Below are positions 48,593 to 58,219 of a DNA stretch of 64,000 nucleotides, one piece after another. Each line of letters begins with the position of its first letter. The stretch's first letter is position 1. Position numbers and translations under genes: made by a program. The notes under the pieces are model-generated. The model was given only the letters and a program-made list of their open reading frames with translations, did no database searches and was not told the origin of the DNA. The stretch is from an uncultured Flavobacteriaceae bacterium (lineage in GTDB: Bacteria; Bacteroidota; Bacteroidia; Flavobacteriales; Flavobacteriaceae): assembly GCA_963835675.1 (NCBI GenBank), contig CAWIGH010000005.1, positions 271,874 through 335,873 on the forward strand, read 5' to 3'.

Positions 48593-48619
48593 AAAACTCT
48601 CAACATTGTTGAGAGTTTT
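48593..48619 (-). terminator. Intrinsic terminator after rpoD
   Basis: AAAACTCTCAAC-ATT-GTTGAGAGTTTT. Confidence 0.8.
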
Positions 48620-48644
48620 CAATTCATTTATCAAATTTTAAAGA

Positions 48645-49508
48645 TTATCCTAAATAGGTTCTTAAAATTTTACTTCTTGAAGTATGTTTTAATCTTCTAA
48701 TGGCTTTTTCTTTGATCTGACGTACTCTTTCACGCGTAAGATCGAAAGTTTCACCAATTTCTTCTAAGGTCATTGGGTGTGCATCACCTAAACCAAAGTA
48801 TAATGAAACTACGTCTGCCTCTCTGGGCGTAAGCGTTTCTAAAGCTCGCTCGATCTCTACTTTTAAAGATTCGTGCAACAAGCTTCTGTCTGGATTTGGA
48901 GATTCTCCAGATCGTAATACATCATAAAGATTAGAATCTTCACCTTCAATTAATGGGGCATCCATAGAGACGTGACGGCCAGAATTTTTTAAAGATTCTT
49001 TTACATCATTAATCGTCATGTCTAATTCTTTGGCGATCTCTTCAGCAGAAGGAGGCCTTTCATTTTCTTGCTCTAAACGAGCATAGGTTTTATTTATCTT
49101 ATTGATCGATCCGATTTTGTTTAATGGCAATCTCACAATTCTCGATTGTTCTGCCAATGCTTGTAAGATAGATTGACGAATCCACCAAACAGCATAAGAT
49201 ATAAATTTAAAACCTCTTGTTTCATCAAAACGTTTAGCAGCTTTAATTAAACCAAGATTACCTTCATTAATAAGATCTGGTAATGTTAATCCTTGATTTT
49301 GATACTGCTTGGCCACAGATACTACGAAACGTAAATTAGCTTTTGTTAAACGTTCTAAAGCCACTTGATCTCCAGCTTTGATACGTTGTGCTAATTCTAC
49401 TTCCATATCAGCAGTAATTAGATCTACTTTACCAATTTCTTGTAAATATTTGTCTAATGATGCTGTTTCGCGGTTAGTAACCTGTTTTGTTATTTTAAGT
49501 TGTCTCAT
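48645..49508 (-). CDS. rpoD: Primary sigma-70 factor (short Bacteroidota type)
   Basis: [46 protein letters not shown]; 287 aa. Confidence 0.92.
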   Translation of the reverse strand: MRQLKITKQVTNRETASLDKYLQEIGKVDLITADMEVELAQRIKAGDQVALERLTKANLRFVVSVAKQYQNQGLTLPDLINEGNLGLIKAAKRFDETRGFKFISYAVWWIRQSILQALAEQSRIVRLPLNKIGSINKINKTYARLEQENERPPSAEEIAKELDMTINDVKESLKNSGRHVSMDAPLIEGEDSNLYDVLRSGESPNPDRSLLHESLKVEIERALETLTPREADVVSLYFGLGDAHPMTLEEIGETFDLTRERVRQIKEKAIRRLKHTSRSKILRTYLG

Positions 49509-49770
49509 TTATTCAATTTAAATTAATACCCTATTTTTTGCTACGTACTTATATATACGGTATATGGTTACAAAATGTTACAAAATGTTTAAGAATTATT
49601 GTAATTGAGGTTCAATAACTAAAAAAAAATGAAGTATATTCATTCATTGAAACTATGAATTCTTTGTTTAAAATAGCGTTATACTAACAGTTGCAAATCT
49701 AAAACTGGCACAACTGATTTAAATCACTGTATAACAGAAAATTAGTCATCAATTATTGATTTCAATTTAA

Positions 49771-50442
49771 ATGGGAAATAACATTAACTTATTTATTTTA
49801 ATATCGTTTAGTTTTATAGTTTACTTCATAATAAGTTATGCATCTAAAATTTTAAAGGTTCAAAATGTAGCATCGGCCATATCGATCAAGAATGGATTAA
49901 TGCTCATTAACATCAAGCACCTAATTGGTATTATTTTATTTGGAATTATATTTTATCTAATGGCCCCACAATACCGCACCCTTTTGGTCATTCAAGAGTT
50001 TCCAGGTTTAATCCTTTTATTATTATTTTTAGTCACTGTTTTTACCTCCGCGGTGCTTGCAGCCAAATCAGCCAAAGACAAAAATATTTTTCAATCAGAA
50101 ACAATCCAGCTCTCTATTAATAATAAGTCCCTTTATTTTATTATTCGTATTGTTTTTTTGTTTTCTTATGAATTCTTTTTCAGAGGGGTATTGTTTTTTT
50201 CATTATTGGAAATGCATGGACTTTTTATAGCTATTACGATGACGACATTACTATATGTTTTGATACATATTTTTGATACAAGAACAGAAATCATAGGCGC
50301 TATTCCTTTTGGAATTATTTTATGTCTCTTTAGCTATTTCACTCATAGTATTTGGATGGCATTTATTATTCATATGACTTTATCTGCAGTGTACGAACTC
50401 TCAATACTTAAACAATTATCTCATAATATAAAATTACCATGA
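49771..50442 (+). CDS. CPBP/Abi-family intramembrane protein
   Basis: YEFFFRG, YVLIH, AFIIH; multiple TM helices. Confidence 0.75.
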   Translation: MGNNINLFILISFSFIVYFIISYASKILKVQNVASAISIKNGLMLINIKHLIGIILFGIIFYLMAPQYRTLLVIQEFPGLILLLLFLVTVFTSAVLAAKSAKDKNIFQSETIQLSINNKSLYFIIRIVFLFSYEFFFRGVLFFSLLEMHGLFIAITMTTLLYVLIHIFDTRTEIIGAIPFGIILCLFSYFTHSIWMAFIIHMTLSAVYELSILKQLSHNIKLP

Positions 50443-51416
50443 AAGTATTTTTAACCGGAGCCACCGGATATATAGGTCACCAATTGGCGATCGAATTGGC
50501 AAACCAGAATTATGAGGTAATAGCTCTTGTGAGAGATTTGAAATCAAATAATGTTCCTAAGCACAACAATGTGATTCCTGTTAAAGGGGATATATGTAAT
50601 TATGAATCGGTTAACAAAGCCATTCAGAACTGTGATTATGTATTTCATACGGCTGCCTTTACCGATCTAAAGAGTAATAAGCTTGATAATTTTTATAATA
50701 ATAATGTTACAGGAACTCATAATGTCTTAAGAGCTTCCCTAGAAAATAATATTAAAAAAGTAATTCATACAAGCACCTTGTCAGTATTTGGCCCATCATT
50801 ATTTCAAGTACCAATTACCGAAAATCAGCCTAGAATGACATCATATGCTAATGATTATGAATTGACGAAGAAAATGTCTGAAGATCTGGTCTTAAAATTT
50901 GTAAAGAAAGGACTATCAAGTTCTATCTTAAATGTTACAAGAGTTTATGGCCCAGGACTTAATACACATTCTAATGGTGTGAATAAAATTATCTCTAAAA
51001 TTATGAACGATAGTGTGTTCTTGGTACCCTCTAATCTGAAGATTGAAGCGAATTATGTTTATATTGATGATGTCGTTAATGCACAAATACTCGCTTTGAA
51101 ACATGGCATTTCTGGAGAAAAATATATCATTGGCGGAGAAAATATAGATTATGATGGTTTATTTGAAAAGATCATAAATCTCTCTAATAGCAACATTTCG
51201 ATTTTTAAAATTAACTATAACTTTATCAAAAGTGCTTTTGCTTTAAAAGCAAATCTTAACTCAGTATTAGGAATGAACGGTTCAATTACACCTAAAGTTT
51301 TAGATTCATTATTTACACATAGAAGTGCTTCATCAGCAAAAGCTATTTCTTTATTAGATTACAAAATAACACCTTTAGATAAGGGCATAGAAAAAACTAT
51401 TAAGTTTTTAACATAA
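50439..51416 (+). CDS. NAD-dependent epimerase/dehydratase (DFR/3-beta-HSD-like)
   Basis: TGATGYIG, FHTAA, YELTK. Confidence 0.85.
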   Translation: MKVFLTGATGYIGHQLAIELANQNYEVIALVRDLKSNNVPKHNNVIPVKGDICNYESVNKAIQNCDYVFHTAAFTDLKSNKLDNFYNNNVTGTHNVLRASLENNIKKVIHTSTLSVFGPSLFQVPITENQPRMTSYANDYELTKKMSEDLVLKFVKKGLSSSILNVTRVYGPGLNTHSNGVNKIISKIMNDSVFLVPSNLKIEANYVYIDDVVNAQILALKHGISGEKYIIGGENIDYDGLFEKIINLSNSNISIFKINYNFIKSAFALKANLNSVLGMNGSITPKVLDSLFTHRSASSAKAISLLDYKITPLDKGIEKTIKFLT

Positions 51417-51421
51417 GAATT

Positions 51422-52216
51422 ATGGAAAAACAGTATACACTTTTAACAGGAGCCAGTCAAGGATTAGGCAAAGCGATGACCTTTGAACTTGCGCAAAGAG
51501 GTGAAAATCTTATGTTGGTGGCCTTGCCAGAATCTGGTTTAGAAGATCTCTCAAGTTTTATTAAGCAAAACTATGCTGTTGATGTTCATTATTTAGAAAT
51601 AGATCTTAGCGAAACGGGAAGTTATTATGAAATATTAGGATATATAGAAAAATTTAATATTCAATTAAAATATATCATTAATAATGCAGGAGTTCTCAGT
51701 CGGGGGTTATTTGAAGAACTAGACGATCGATTCATTCATGATCAGATTATGGTTAATGTTACAGCTCCAACAATGCTAATAAGACTTCTTTTAAATAATC
51801 TTAAAAGAAATTCACCTGCCGGAATTTTAAATGTGAGCAGTTTGGCAAGTTTTTTTCCGCTTCCCAAAAAACAAGTGTATTGCGCTTCAAAAGCTTATTT
51901 AAGTTCGTTTTCCAAGAGCCTGAGAAAAGAACTGAAAAAAGACAATATTTCAGTGAGTGTGGTTAGTCCGGGTAGTTTAAACACGACAACTAAATTATGC
52001 TGTCAAAATAAAAAACTAGGCTGGTTAAATAGACAATCGGTGTTAGATCCGGAAAGCGTAGCCAAAATAGCAATTGATGGAATGCTTACTGGAAAGAAAG
52101 AAATAATACCGGGATTTATCAATAATTGTTTTGTAAAAATTGATAAGATATTACCGGAATATATTGAGGATAGATTGACGAATAATGAAATAAAAAAAAT
52201 TGAATCTTTAAGCTGA
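51422..52216 (+). CDS. SDR-family oxidoreductase
   Basis: TGASQGLG, NNAG, YCASK. Confidence 0.88.
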   Translation: MEKQYTLLTGASQGLGKAMTFELAQRGENLMLVALPESGLEDLSSFIKQNYAVDVHYLEIDLSETGSYYEILGYIEKFNIQLKYIINNAGVLSRGLFEELDDRFIHDQIMVNVTAPTMLIRLLLNNLKRNSPAGILNVSSLASFFPLPKKQVYCASKAYLSSFSKSLRKELKKDNISVSVVSPGSLNTTTKLCCQNKKLGWLNRQSVLDPESVAKIAIDGMLTGKKEIIPGFINNCFVKIDKILPEYIEDRLTNNEIKKIESLS

Positions 52217-52252
52217 ATTCTATTGTAACTCGCTGGATAATTCTAGAAAAAT

Positions 52253-52285
52253 AAAAAAGCCTATCAATTGTTGATAGGCTTTTTT
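52253..52285. terminator. Bidirectional terminator between the SDR gene and pnp
   Basis: AAAAAAGCCTATCAA-TTG-TTGATAGGCTTTTTT. Confidence 0.85.
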
Positions 52286-52303
52286 CAAATTATAAGAAAA
52301 GAA

Positions 52304-54562
52304 TTAATCTTCTTTTTTATCTTCTCTTGGTTTTCTATCGTCTCTGCGATTATCTCGCCCACGATTGTCTCTTCCTCTATTATCTCTTCCACGACTATCT
52401 CTTCCTCTGCTATCATTGCTTCTTGGAGGTCTTTCTACAAATCCTTCTGGTTTTGGTAATAAAGCCTTACGAGATACTTTTTCTTTACGTGTTCTTGGAT
52501 CTTGTCCGAAATATTTTACGTCAAAAACATCTCCCATTTTCACCACATCGCTTACATTTTCCGTTCGTTCCCAAGCCAGTTCACTAACATGCAATAAAAC
52601 TTCGTTTCCTGGAGCATCCATATATTCTACAACAGCACCGAAATCTAACATTTTAATAACTTTTACTTCGTAAACGCTACCAACTACTGGTTTAAACATT
52701 AAAGAATCTATTTTTGCTAAAACAGCATCAATACCTTCCTGTCCTGTACCCAAGATCTCAACGATACCTTCTTCAGTAATAGGATCCTCATTAATAACTA
52801 TAGTACATCCAGTTGCTTTCTGTAACTCTTGAATTACTTTTCCACCGGGACCAATTAAGGCTCCAATAAATTCATTCGGAATTGTTCGCGTTACCATTTT
52901 TGGTGCATGCGATTTCACATCTGCATTTGGTTGAGCAATTGTATCTGTAATTTTTTCTAAGATATGTAAACGGCCATTTCGTGCTTGTTTTAGTGCATTC
53001 ACTAAAATTTCATACGATAAGCCTTTAATTTTAATATCCATTTGGCAAGCTGTTATACCGTCTGCCGTACCTGTAACTTTAAAGTCCATATCTCCTAAAT
53101 GATCTTCATCACCAAGGATATCACTTAATACCGCATAGCGATCTCCATCAGAAATTAATCCCATAGCAATACCGGAAACAGGTTTTTTCATTTGAACACC
53201 CGCATCCATCAGTGCCATAGTTCCGGCACATACCGTTGCCATAGAAGATGAACCGTTAGATTCCAACACTTCAGAAACAACTCTTACAGTATAAGGACAA
53301 TCCGCAGGAATCATTCCTTTTAAAGCACGTTGTGCTAAATTACCATGACCTACTTCACGCCGCGACGTCCCTCTTAATGGACGTGCTTCTCCTGTACAAA
53401 AAGGAGGAAAGTTATAATGTAAATAAAATGTTTCCTCACCTTCGTAGGATGGCATATCTATTTTATTAGCTTCTCTAGATGTTCCTAAAGTAACAGTAGC
53501 TAAAGCTTGCGTTTCTCCTCTAGTAAAAATTGCAGAACCATGAGTTGATGGTAAGTAATCTATTTCACACCAAATTGGCCTAATCTCATCAGTTTTTCTT
53601 CCATCTAATCGTAAACCTTCACTTAATGTTAATTCACGAACAGCTTCTTTTTCTGCTTTGCTGTAATAACCTCCTACAAGATGACCAAATTCTTCCATCT
53701 CTTCTTCCGTAAATGAAGCAATAACTTCTTCTTTAACTTGAGAAAAAGCCGCACTGCGTTCTTCTTTAGACGTTCCCTGTTTTGCTATTGCATAACATTT
53801 GTCGTAGGTTAAATCGTGTATTCTTTTTGCTAAGTCTTCATTTTCTTCTGCAGTTTCATATTCACGAACCTCTTTTTTACCGAAGGCTTTTGCTAATCGC
53901 AATTGAGCAGCAATCTGAACTTTTATGGCTTCATGGGCAAATTTAATCGCATCTGCCATCTCCTCTTCAGAAATTTCATCCATTTCACCTTCAACCATCA
54001 TTACTGAATCTGCTGAAGCTCCGATCATCATTTCGATATCTGACTCTTCTAATTGTGAACGGGTTGGGTTAATAATAAATTCACCATTAACTCTACCTAC
54101 ACGTGCTTCAGAAATGGCACATTCGAATGGGAAGTCGCTTAATTGAATTGCCGCAGAAGCTGCTAATCCTGCCATTGCTTCTGGCATTACGTCTTCATCA
54201 TGAGACATTAACTGAATCATCACTTGTGTTTCAGCATGATAATCTTTTGGAAATAATGGACGTAGAACACGGTCTACTAATCGCATTGTTAATACTTCAC
54301 CGTCACTTGGTCTTGCTTCTCTTTTAAAGAAACCACCAGGATAACGTCCTGAAGCTGCAAATTTTTCTCTGTAGTCTACCGTTAATGGTAAAAAATCTAC
54401 ATCACTTTGTTTGTAATTGGAAACAACAGTACACAATAACATACATTTTCCGGATTGAACAACAACCGACCCGTGGGCTTGCTTTGCTAATTTTCCGGTT
54501 TCAATTGAGATGGTTCTTCCATCTCCTAAATCGATAATTTCGGTATAAACCTTAGGTATCAT
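52304..54562 (-). CDS. pnp: Polyribonucleotide nucleotidyltransferase
   Basis: [35 protein letters not shown] and S1 domains; RGRD(N/S) repeat tail. Confidence 0.97.
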   Translation of the reverse strand: MIPKVYTEIIDLGDGRTISIETGKLAKQAHGSVVVQSGKCMLLCTVVSNYKQSDVDFLPLTVDYREKFAASGRYPGGFFKREARPSDGEVLTMRLVDRVLRPLFPKDYHAETQVMIQLMSHDEDVMPEAMAGLAASAAIQLSDFPFECAISEARVGRVNGEFIINPTRSQLEESDIEMMIGASADSVMMVEGEMDEISEEEMADAIKFAHEAIKVQIAAQLRLAKAFGKKEVREYETAEENEDLAKRIHDLTYDKCYAIAKQGTSKEERSAAFSQVKEEVIASFTEEEMEEFGHLVGGYYSKAEKEAVRELTLSEGLRLDGRKTDEIRPIWCEIDYLPSTHGSAIFTRGETQALATVTLGTSREANKIDMPSYEGEETFYLHYNFPPFCTGEARPLRGTSRREVGHGNLAQRALKGMIPADCPYTVRVVSEVLESNGSSSMATVCAGTMALMDAGVQMKKPVSGIAMGLISDGDRYAVLSDILGDEDHLGDMDFKVTGTADGITACQMDIKIKGLSYEILVNALKQARNGRLHILEKITDTIAQPNADVKSHAPKMVTRTIPNEFIGALIGPGGKVIQELQKATGCTIVINEDPITEEGIVEILGTGQEGIDAVLAKIDSLMFKPVVGSVYEVKVIKMLDFGAVVEYMDAPGNEVLLHVSELAWERTENVSDVVKMGDVFDVKYFGQDPRTRKEKVSRKALLPKPEGFVERPPRSNDSRGRDSRGRDNRGRDNRGRDNRRDDRKPREDKKED

Positions 54563-54685
54563 AAATAATTTTTTAATTAAACAATTGGTTTTTAGTCGTT
54601 GTGTTGTGTGTTAACCAATGAAAAGTCTAAAAGGCTTTTTTATTTTTCCGCTTTAGCGGAATTATTTAAATAAGTAGGATAATAT

Positions 54686-54714
54686 AAAAAAGAGAGGCAA
54701 TGCGCCTCTCTTTT
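54686..54714 (-). terminator. rpsO terminator
   Basis: AGAGAGGC-aatgc-GCCTCTCT with a T-tract on the minus strand. Confidence 0.8.
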
Positions 54715-54716
54715 GA

Positions 54717-54986
54717 TTATTTTCTTAATCCTAATTCTTTAACAATTTCACGATATCTTAAAATATCTGTTTTCATTAAATAGTCTAGTAAACTTCTTCG
54801 TTTACCAACTAATTTTACTAGGGAACGCTCTGTATTAAAATCTTTACGATTCTTTTTTAAGTGTTCTGTTAAGTGGTTAATTCTATAGGTAAATAAGGCT
54901 ATTTGTCCTTCAGATGAACCAGTGTCTTTTACAGATTTTCCATGTTTTTTGAAAATCTCGGCTTTTTTTTCAGCTGCTAAATACAT
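54717..54986 (-). CDS. rpsO: 30S ribosomal protein S15
   Basis: DTGSSEGQIALFT, GKRRSLLDYL; TATATTTG at 55041-55048. Confidence 0.97.
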   Translation of the reverse strand: MYLAAEKKAEIFKKHGKSVKDTGSSEGQIALFTYRINHLTEHLKKNRKDFNTERSLVKLVGKRRSLLDYLMKTDILRYREIVKELGLRK

Positions 54987-55176
54987 GCTAACATTAAATT
55001 TTAATTAATAATTTTTATGTACTGATATTCTATCAGGCGGCAAATATAAAACTATTATTTTGATTAGCAATATATTGTATAGTTCAGTTTTAGAATTATT
55101 GAAATAATAATGACACTTTTTTAAACCTTTTAGAGAATGGAAAGTCATAGGTACATAAACTTTTAAAATTTATAAA

Positions 55177-56031
55177 ATGAAAGGACAAAAACTAAAAATT
55201 GGAATGATTGCTTTGGCACTATTTGGATTAGTACTAAGCAGCTGTAATGATAGCGCTATTATCGAAGATGATTTAAATGTAGAAGCTATAGATTTAAAAG
55301 CAGCAGAAAGTGAAGCAGAAGTCGATCAGGTTTCTGAGGAGACAAGTAGCATTATTGAAGAAGCGTTTTTAATGCAAGAACACCCCGAAACAAAAACACA
55401 TCCTATAACAGATCGTTATTTACCGGACTGCGTTACGATAACGGTAGTCATTGTTCAAAATATGAAAACGGTTACTATAGATTTTGGTGATGGATGTGAA
55501 TTGCGTAATGGAAATTTTGTTAGTGGGAAAATTCTATTGGAATATGACAACGATCCTGAAGCGGCTTCAAGAATGATTACTTATGCCTTTGAAAACTTTT
55601 ATTTTAACCTTAAAAAGGTTGAAGGTGGTGGATCTATTTTAAGAGAAAGATCAAATGAGAATGGGAATCCTCAATCTACTAAAACATTTGATATTACCGT
55701 TACCTGGCCTGATGGATTGTTTGCCAATAAAGAAGGTCAAAAAGTAAGAGAATGGATAGAGGGATATGATACACATGCCTGGGGAGATAATGTATTTTTA
55801 ATTACGGGACGCTGGAAATTCGTCAAGAAAAACGGTACAGAACTTACAGCTTCCATTATAGAAGCCTTACGAAGAGAATTGGCTTGTAAATTCATTGTAA
55901 GTGGAATTATTGAATTGAGTAAGAATGATAACAATGCTGTATTGAATTATGGAGATGGTGAATGTGATGACCTGGCAACCGTTAGCATTAACGGTGGGGA
56001 AGAAAGAGAAATTCATTTAAGTAATTTCTAA
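55177..56031 (+). CDS. Hypothetical lipoprotein
   Basis: Lipobox LSSC; TIDFGDGC, YGDGECD. Confidence 0.8.
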   Translation: MKGQKLKIGMIALALFGLVLSSCNDSAIIEDDLNVEAIDLKAAESEAEVDQVSEETSSIIEEAFLMQEHPETKTHPITDRYLPDCVTITVVIVQNMKTVTIDFGDGCELRNGNFVSGKILLEYDNDPEAASRMITYAFENFYFNLKKVEGGGSILRERSNENGNPQSTKTFDITVTWPDGLFANKEGQKVREWIEGYDTHAWGDNVFLITGRWKFVKKNGTELTASIIEALRRELACKFIVSGIIELSKNDNNAVLNYGDGECDDLATVSINGGEEREIHLSNF

Positions 56032-56043
56032 AATGAAAAGAGC

Positions 56044-56078
56044 AAAAAAAAAGAGCGGTTCAACCGCTCTTTTTTTTT
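56044..56078. terminator. Bidirectional terminator
   Basis: A-tract-GAGCGGTT-C-AACCGCTC-T-tract. Confidence 0.85.
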
Positions 56079-56937
56079 ATGACCTTATCGGTATATTTTG
56101 AATGAGATCAATATATAAATTGATCTGTTTTTTAAGATCTTTTCTTTCAATAATCTTATCCAGGAATCCATGTTCTAAAACAAATTCAGACCGTTGAAAT
56201 CCTTCGGGCAGATCCTTGCCAGTTGTATCTTTAACAACCCTGGGCCCTGCAAAGGCTACAAGCGCGTTTGGCTCTGCGAAATTCACATCACCTAACATGG
56301 CATAAGAGGCCGTCGTACCACCTGTTGTAGGATCTGTACACAGTGAAATATAAGGAATACCAGCTTCTGAAAGCTGTGCTAATTTTGCCGATGTCTTTAC
56401 CAGTTGCATTAACGATAAAGATGCCTCTTGCATGCGGGCACCACCGGATTTAGAGACCATTAAAAAAGGAACTTTATTCTTTATTGAATAATCTATTGCC
56501 CTGGCAATTTTTTCGCCAACAACGCTACCCATAGATCCACCGATAAAAGCAAAATCCATCGCCGCTACCACTAAATCCTTACCTAATGATTTTCCAACAG
56601 CCGTTCTTACGGCGTCTTTTAATTTTGTCTTATCCATCGCCTCTTTAAGCCGATCGGTATACTTTTTAGTATCAACAAAATTTAAAGGATCTTTAGAAAC
56701 AATATTGGCATTAAGCTCTTTGTATTTATTATCGTCGAATAAAATTTCGAAATACTCGTTACTGCCAATCCTTACGTGATATCCGTCTTCCGGACTTACA
56801 TAATAATTCTCTTTCAACTCCTCAGTATCGACAATTTTACCACTAGGGGTTTTATACCACAGACCTTTCGGAACATCTTTCTTGTCTTCGGTAGCCGTTT
56901 GAATTCCTTTATCTTTACGCTTAAACCAGGATGACAT
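56077..56937 (-). CDS. accD: Acetyl-CoA carboxylase carboxyltransferase beta subunit
   Basis: [33 protein letters not shown]. Confidence 0.96.
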   Translation of the reverse strand: MSSWFKRKDKGIQTATEDKKDVPKGLWYKTPSGKIVDTEELKENYYVSPEDGYHVRIGSNEYFEILFDDNKYKELNANIVSKDPLNFVDTKKYTDRLKEAMDKTKLKDAVRTAVGKSLGKDLVVAAMDFAFIGGSMGSVVGEKIARAIDYSIKNKVPFLMVSKSGGARMQEASLSLMQLVKTSAKLAQLSEAGIPYISLCTDPTTGGTTASYAMLGDVNFAEPNALVAFAGPRVVKDTTGKDLPEGFQRSEFVLEHGFLDKIIERKDLKKQINLYIDLIQNIPIRS

Positions 56938-57043
56938 AAACTATATAATTTGGGCAAGCAAGTTAATAAAAAATAAAGAAGCTTTATAAAAACTTAATTA
57001 AGAAATAATATGTATCTCAAAACCTTATCAATAAACAGTCTGA

Positions 57044-58111
57044 TTATAAAGTGTTTACATTGTTTAGATCTTCAAAAGCCTGTTTTATTCTTGAGATAAA
57101 AGTTAATTCACCTTCTCTAAGCCATTTTCTAGGATCGTAATACTTTTTATTTGGTAGATCATCACCTTCAGGGTTACCTATTTGACTTTGTAAATAGGCT
57201 GTTTTATCTGCCATATAATCTCTAATACCGGTCATGAAACCATATTGAAGATCGGTATCAATATTCATTTTAATAACGCCATAACCAATAGCTTCTCTAA
57301 TTTCTTCAACAGTAGAACCAGAACCACCATGGAAAACAAAATCTATAGGATTATGGCCTGTTTTAAACTTTTTTTGAACATATTCTTGAGAATTTTTAAG
57401 AATCTTAGGTGTCAATTTTACATTTCCGGGCTTATAAACACCATGAACATTACCGAAAGCTGCTGCTATGGTAAATCTATCGCTCACTTTTTTTAATTCT
57501 TCATAAGCATAAGCAACTTCTTCGGGTTGTGTATAGAGCTTTGAACTATCTACATCGGTATTGTCTACACCGTCTTCTTCACCACCTGTAATACCAAGTT
57601 CAATTTCAAGGGTCATCCCCATTTTACTCATTCGCTTCAAATATTTTTTACAAATTTCAATATTTTCTTCAATGGGTTCTTCAGAAAGATCGATCATGTG
57701 TGAACTATATAGGGGTTTGCCTGTTTCAGCAAAATGCTTTTCACCGGCATCCAATAAACCATCTATCCATGGTAATAGCTTTTTAGCGCAATGGTCGGTA
57801 TGTAAAATTACAGGAACCCCATAGGCCTCGGCCAATAAATGAACATGTTTTGCACCTGCAACTGCTCCTGCAATAGCCGCTTTTTCATTTTCATTAGATA
57901 ATCCTTTACCTGCATTAAAATGAGCGCCACCATTAGAAAATTGGATGATTACAGGGGCGTTTAATGCTGCTGCTGCTTCTAAAACACCATTTATGGTATT
58001 AGAGCCAGTAACATTGGCAGCAGGCAAGGCAAAGTTTTTCGCTTTAGCCAGTTTAAAAATTTCTTGTACTTGATCGCCAGTAGCAACACCGGGTTTTATA
58101 TTATGAGCCAT
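57044..58111 (-). CDS. fbaA: Class II fructose-bisphosphate aldolase
   Basis: HTDHCAKK, HMIDLSEE, FGNVHGVY, FHGGSG. Confidence 0.96.
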   Translation of the reverse strand: MAHNIKPGVATGDQVQEIFKLAKAKNFALPAANVTGSNTINGVLEAAAALNAPVIIQFSNGGAHFNAGKGLSNENEKAAIAGAVAGAKHVHLLAEAYGVPVILHTDHCAKKLLPWIDGLLDAGEKHFAETGKPLYSSHMIDLSEEPIEENIEICKKYLKRMSKMGMTLEIELGITGGEEDGVDNTDVDSSKLYTQPEEVAYAYEELKKVSDRFTIAAAFGNVHGVYKPGNVKLTPKILKNSQEYVQKKFKTGHNPIDFVFHGGSGSTVEEIREAIGYGVIKMNIDTDLQYGFMTGIRDYMADKTAYLQSQIGNPEGDDLPNKKYYDPRKWLREGELTFISRIKQAFEDLNNVNTL

Positions 58112-58219
58112 ATCTTTTAGTATAATGTTAATAAGCCTTAAAATTACTAAAAATAAATGTTATGGATTCATAAAATAAGCGAAATCGTTATCGTTAAATA
58201 TATCTTTAAGAATAGGATT

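Noticed and set aside
54646-54661. TTCCGC-TTTA-GCGGAA hairpin resembling the array REP units
   Set aside because: It lacks the CCTG/CTTG-type leader and sits in the rpsO-pnp leader, where an ordinary RNA hairpin is expected.
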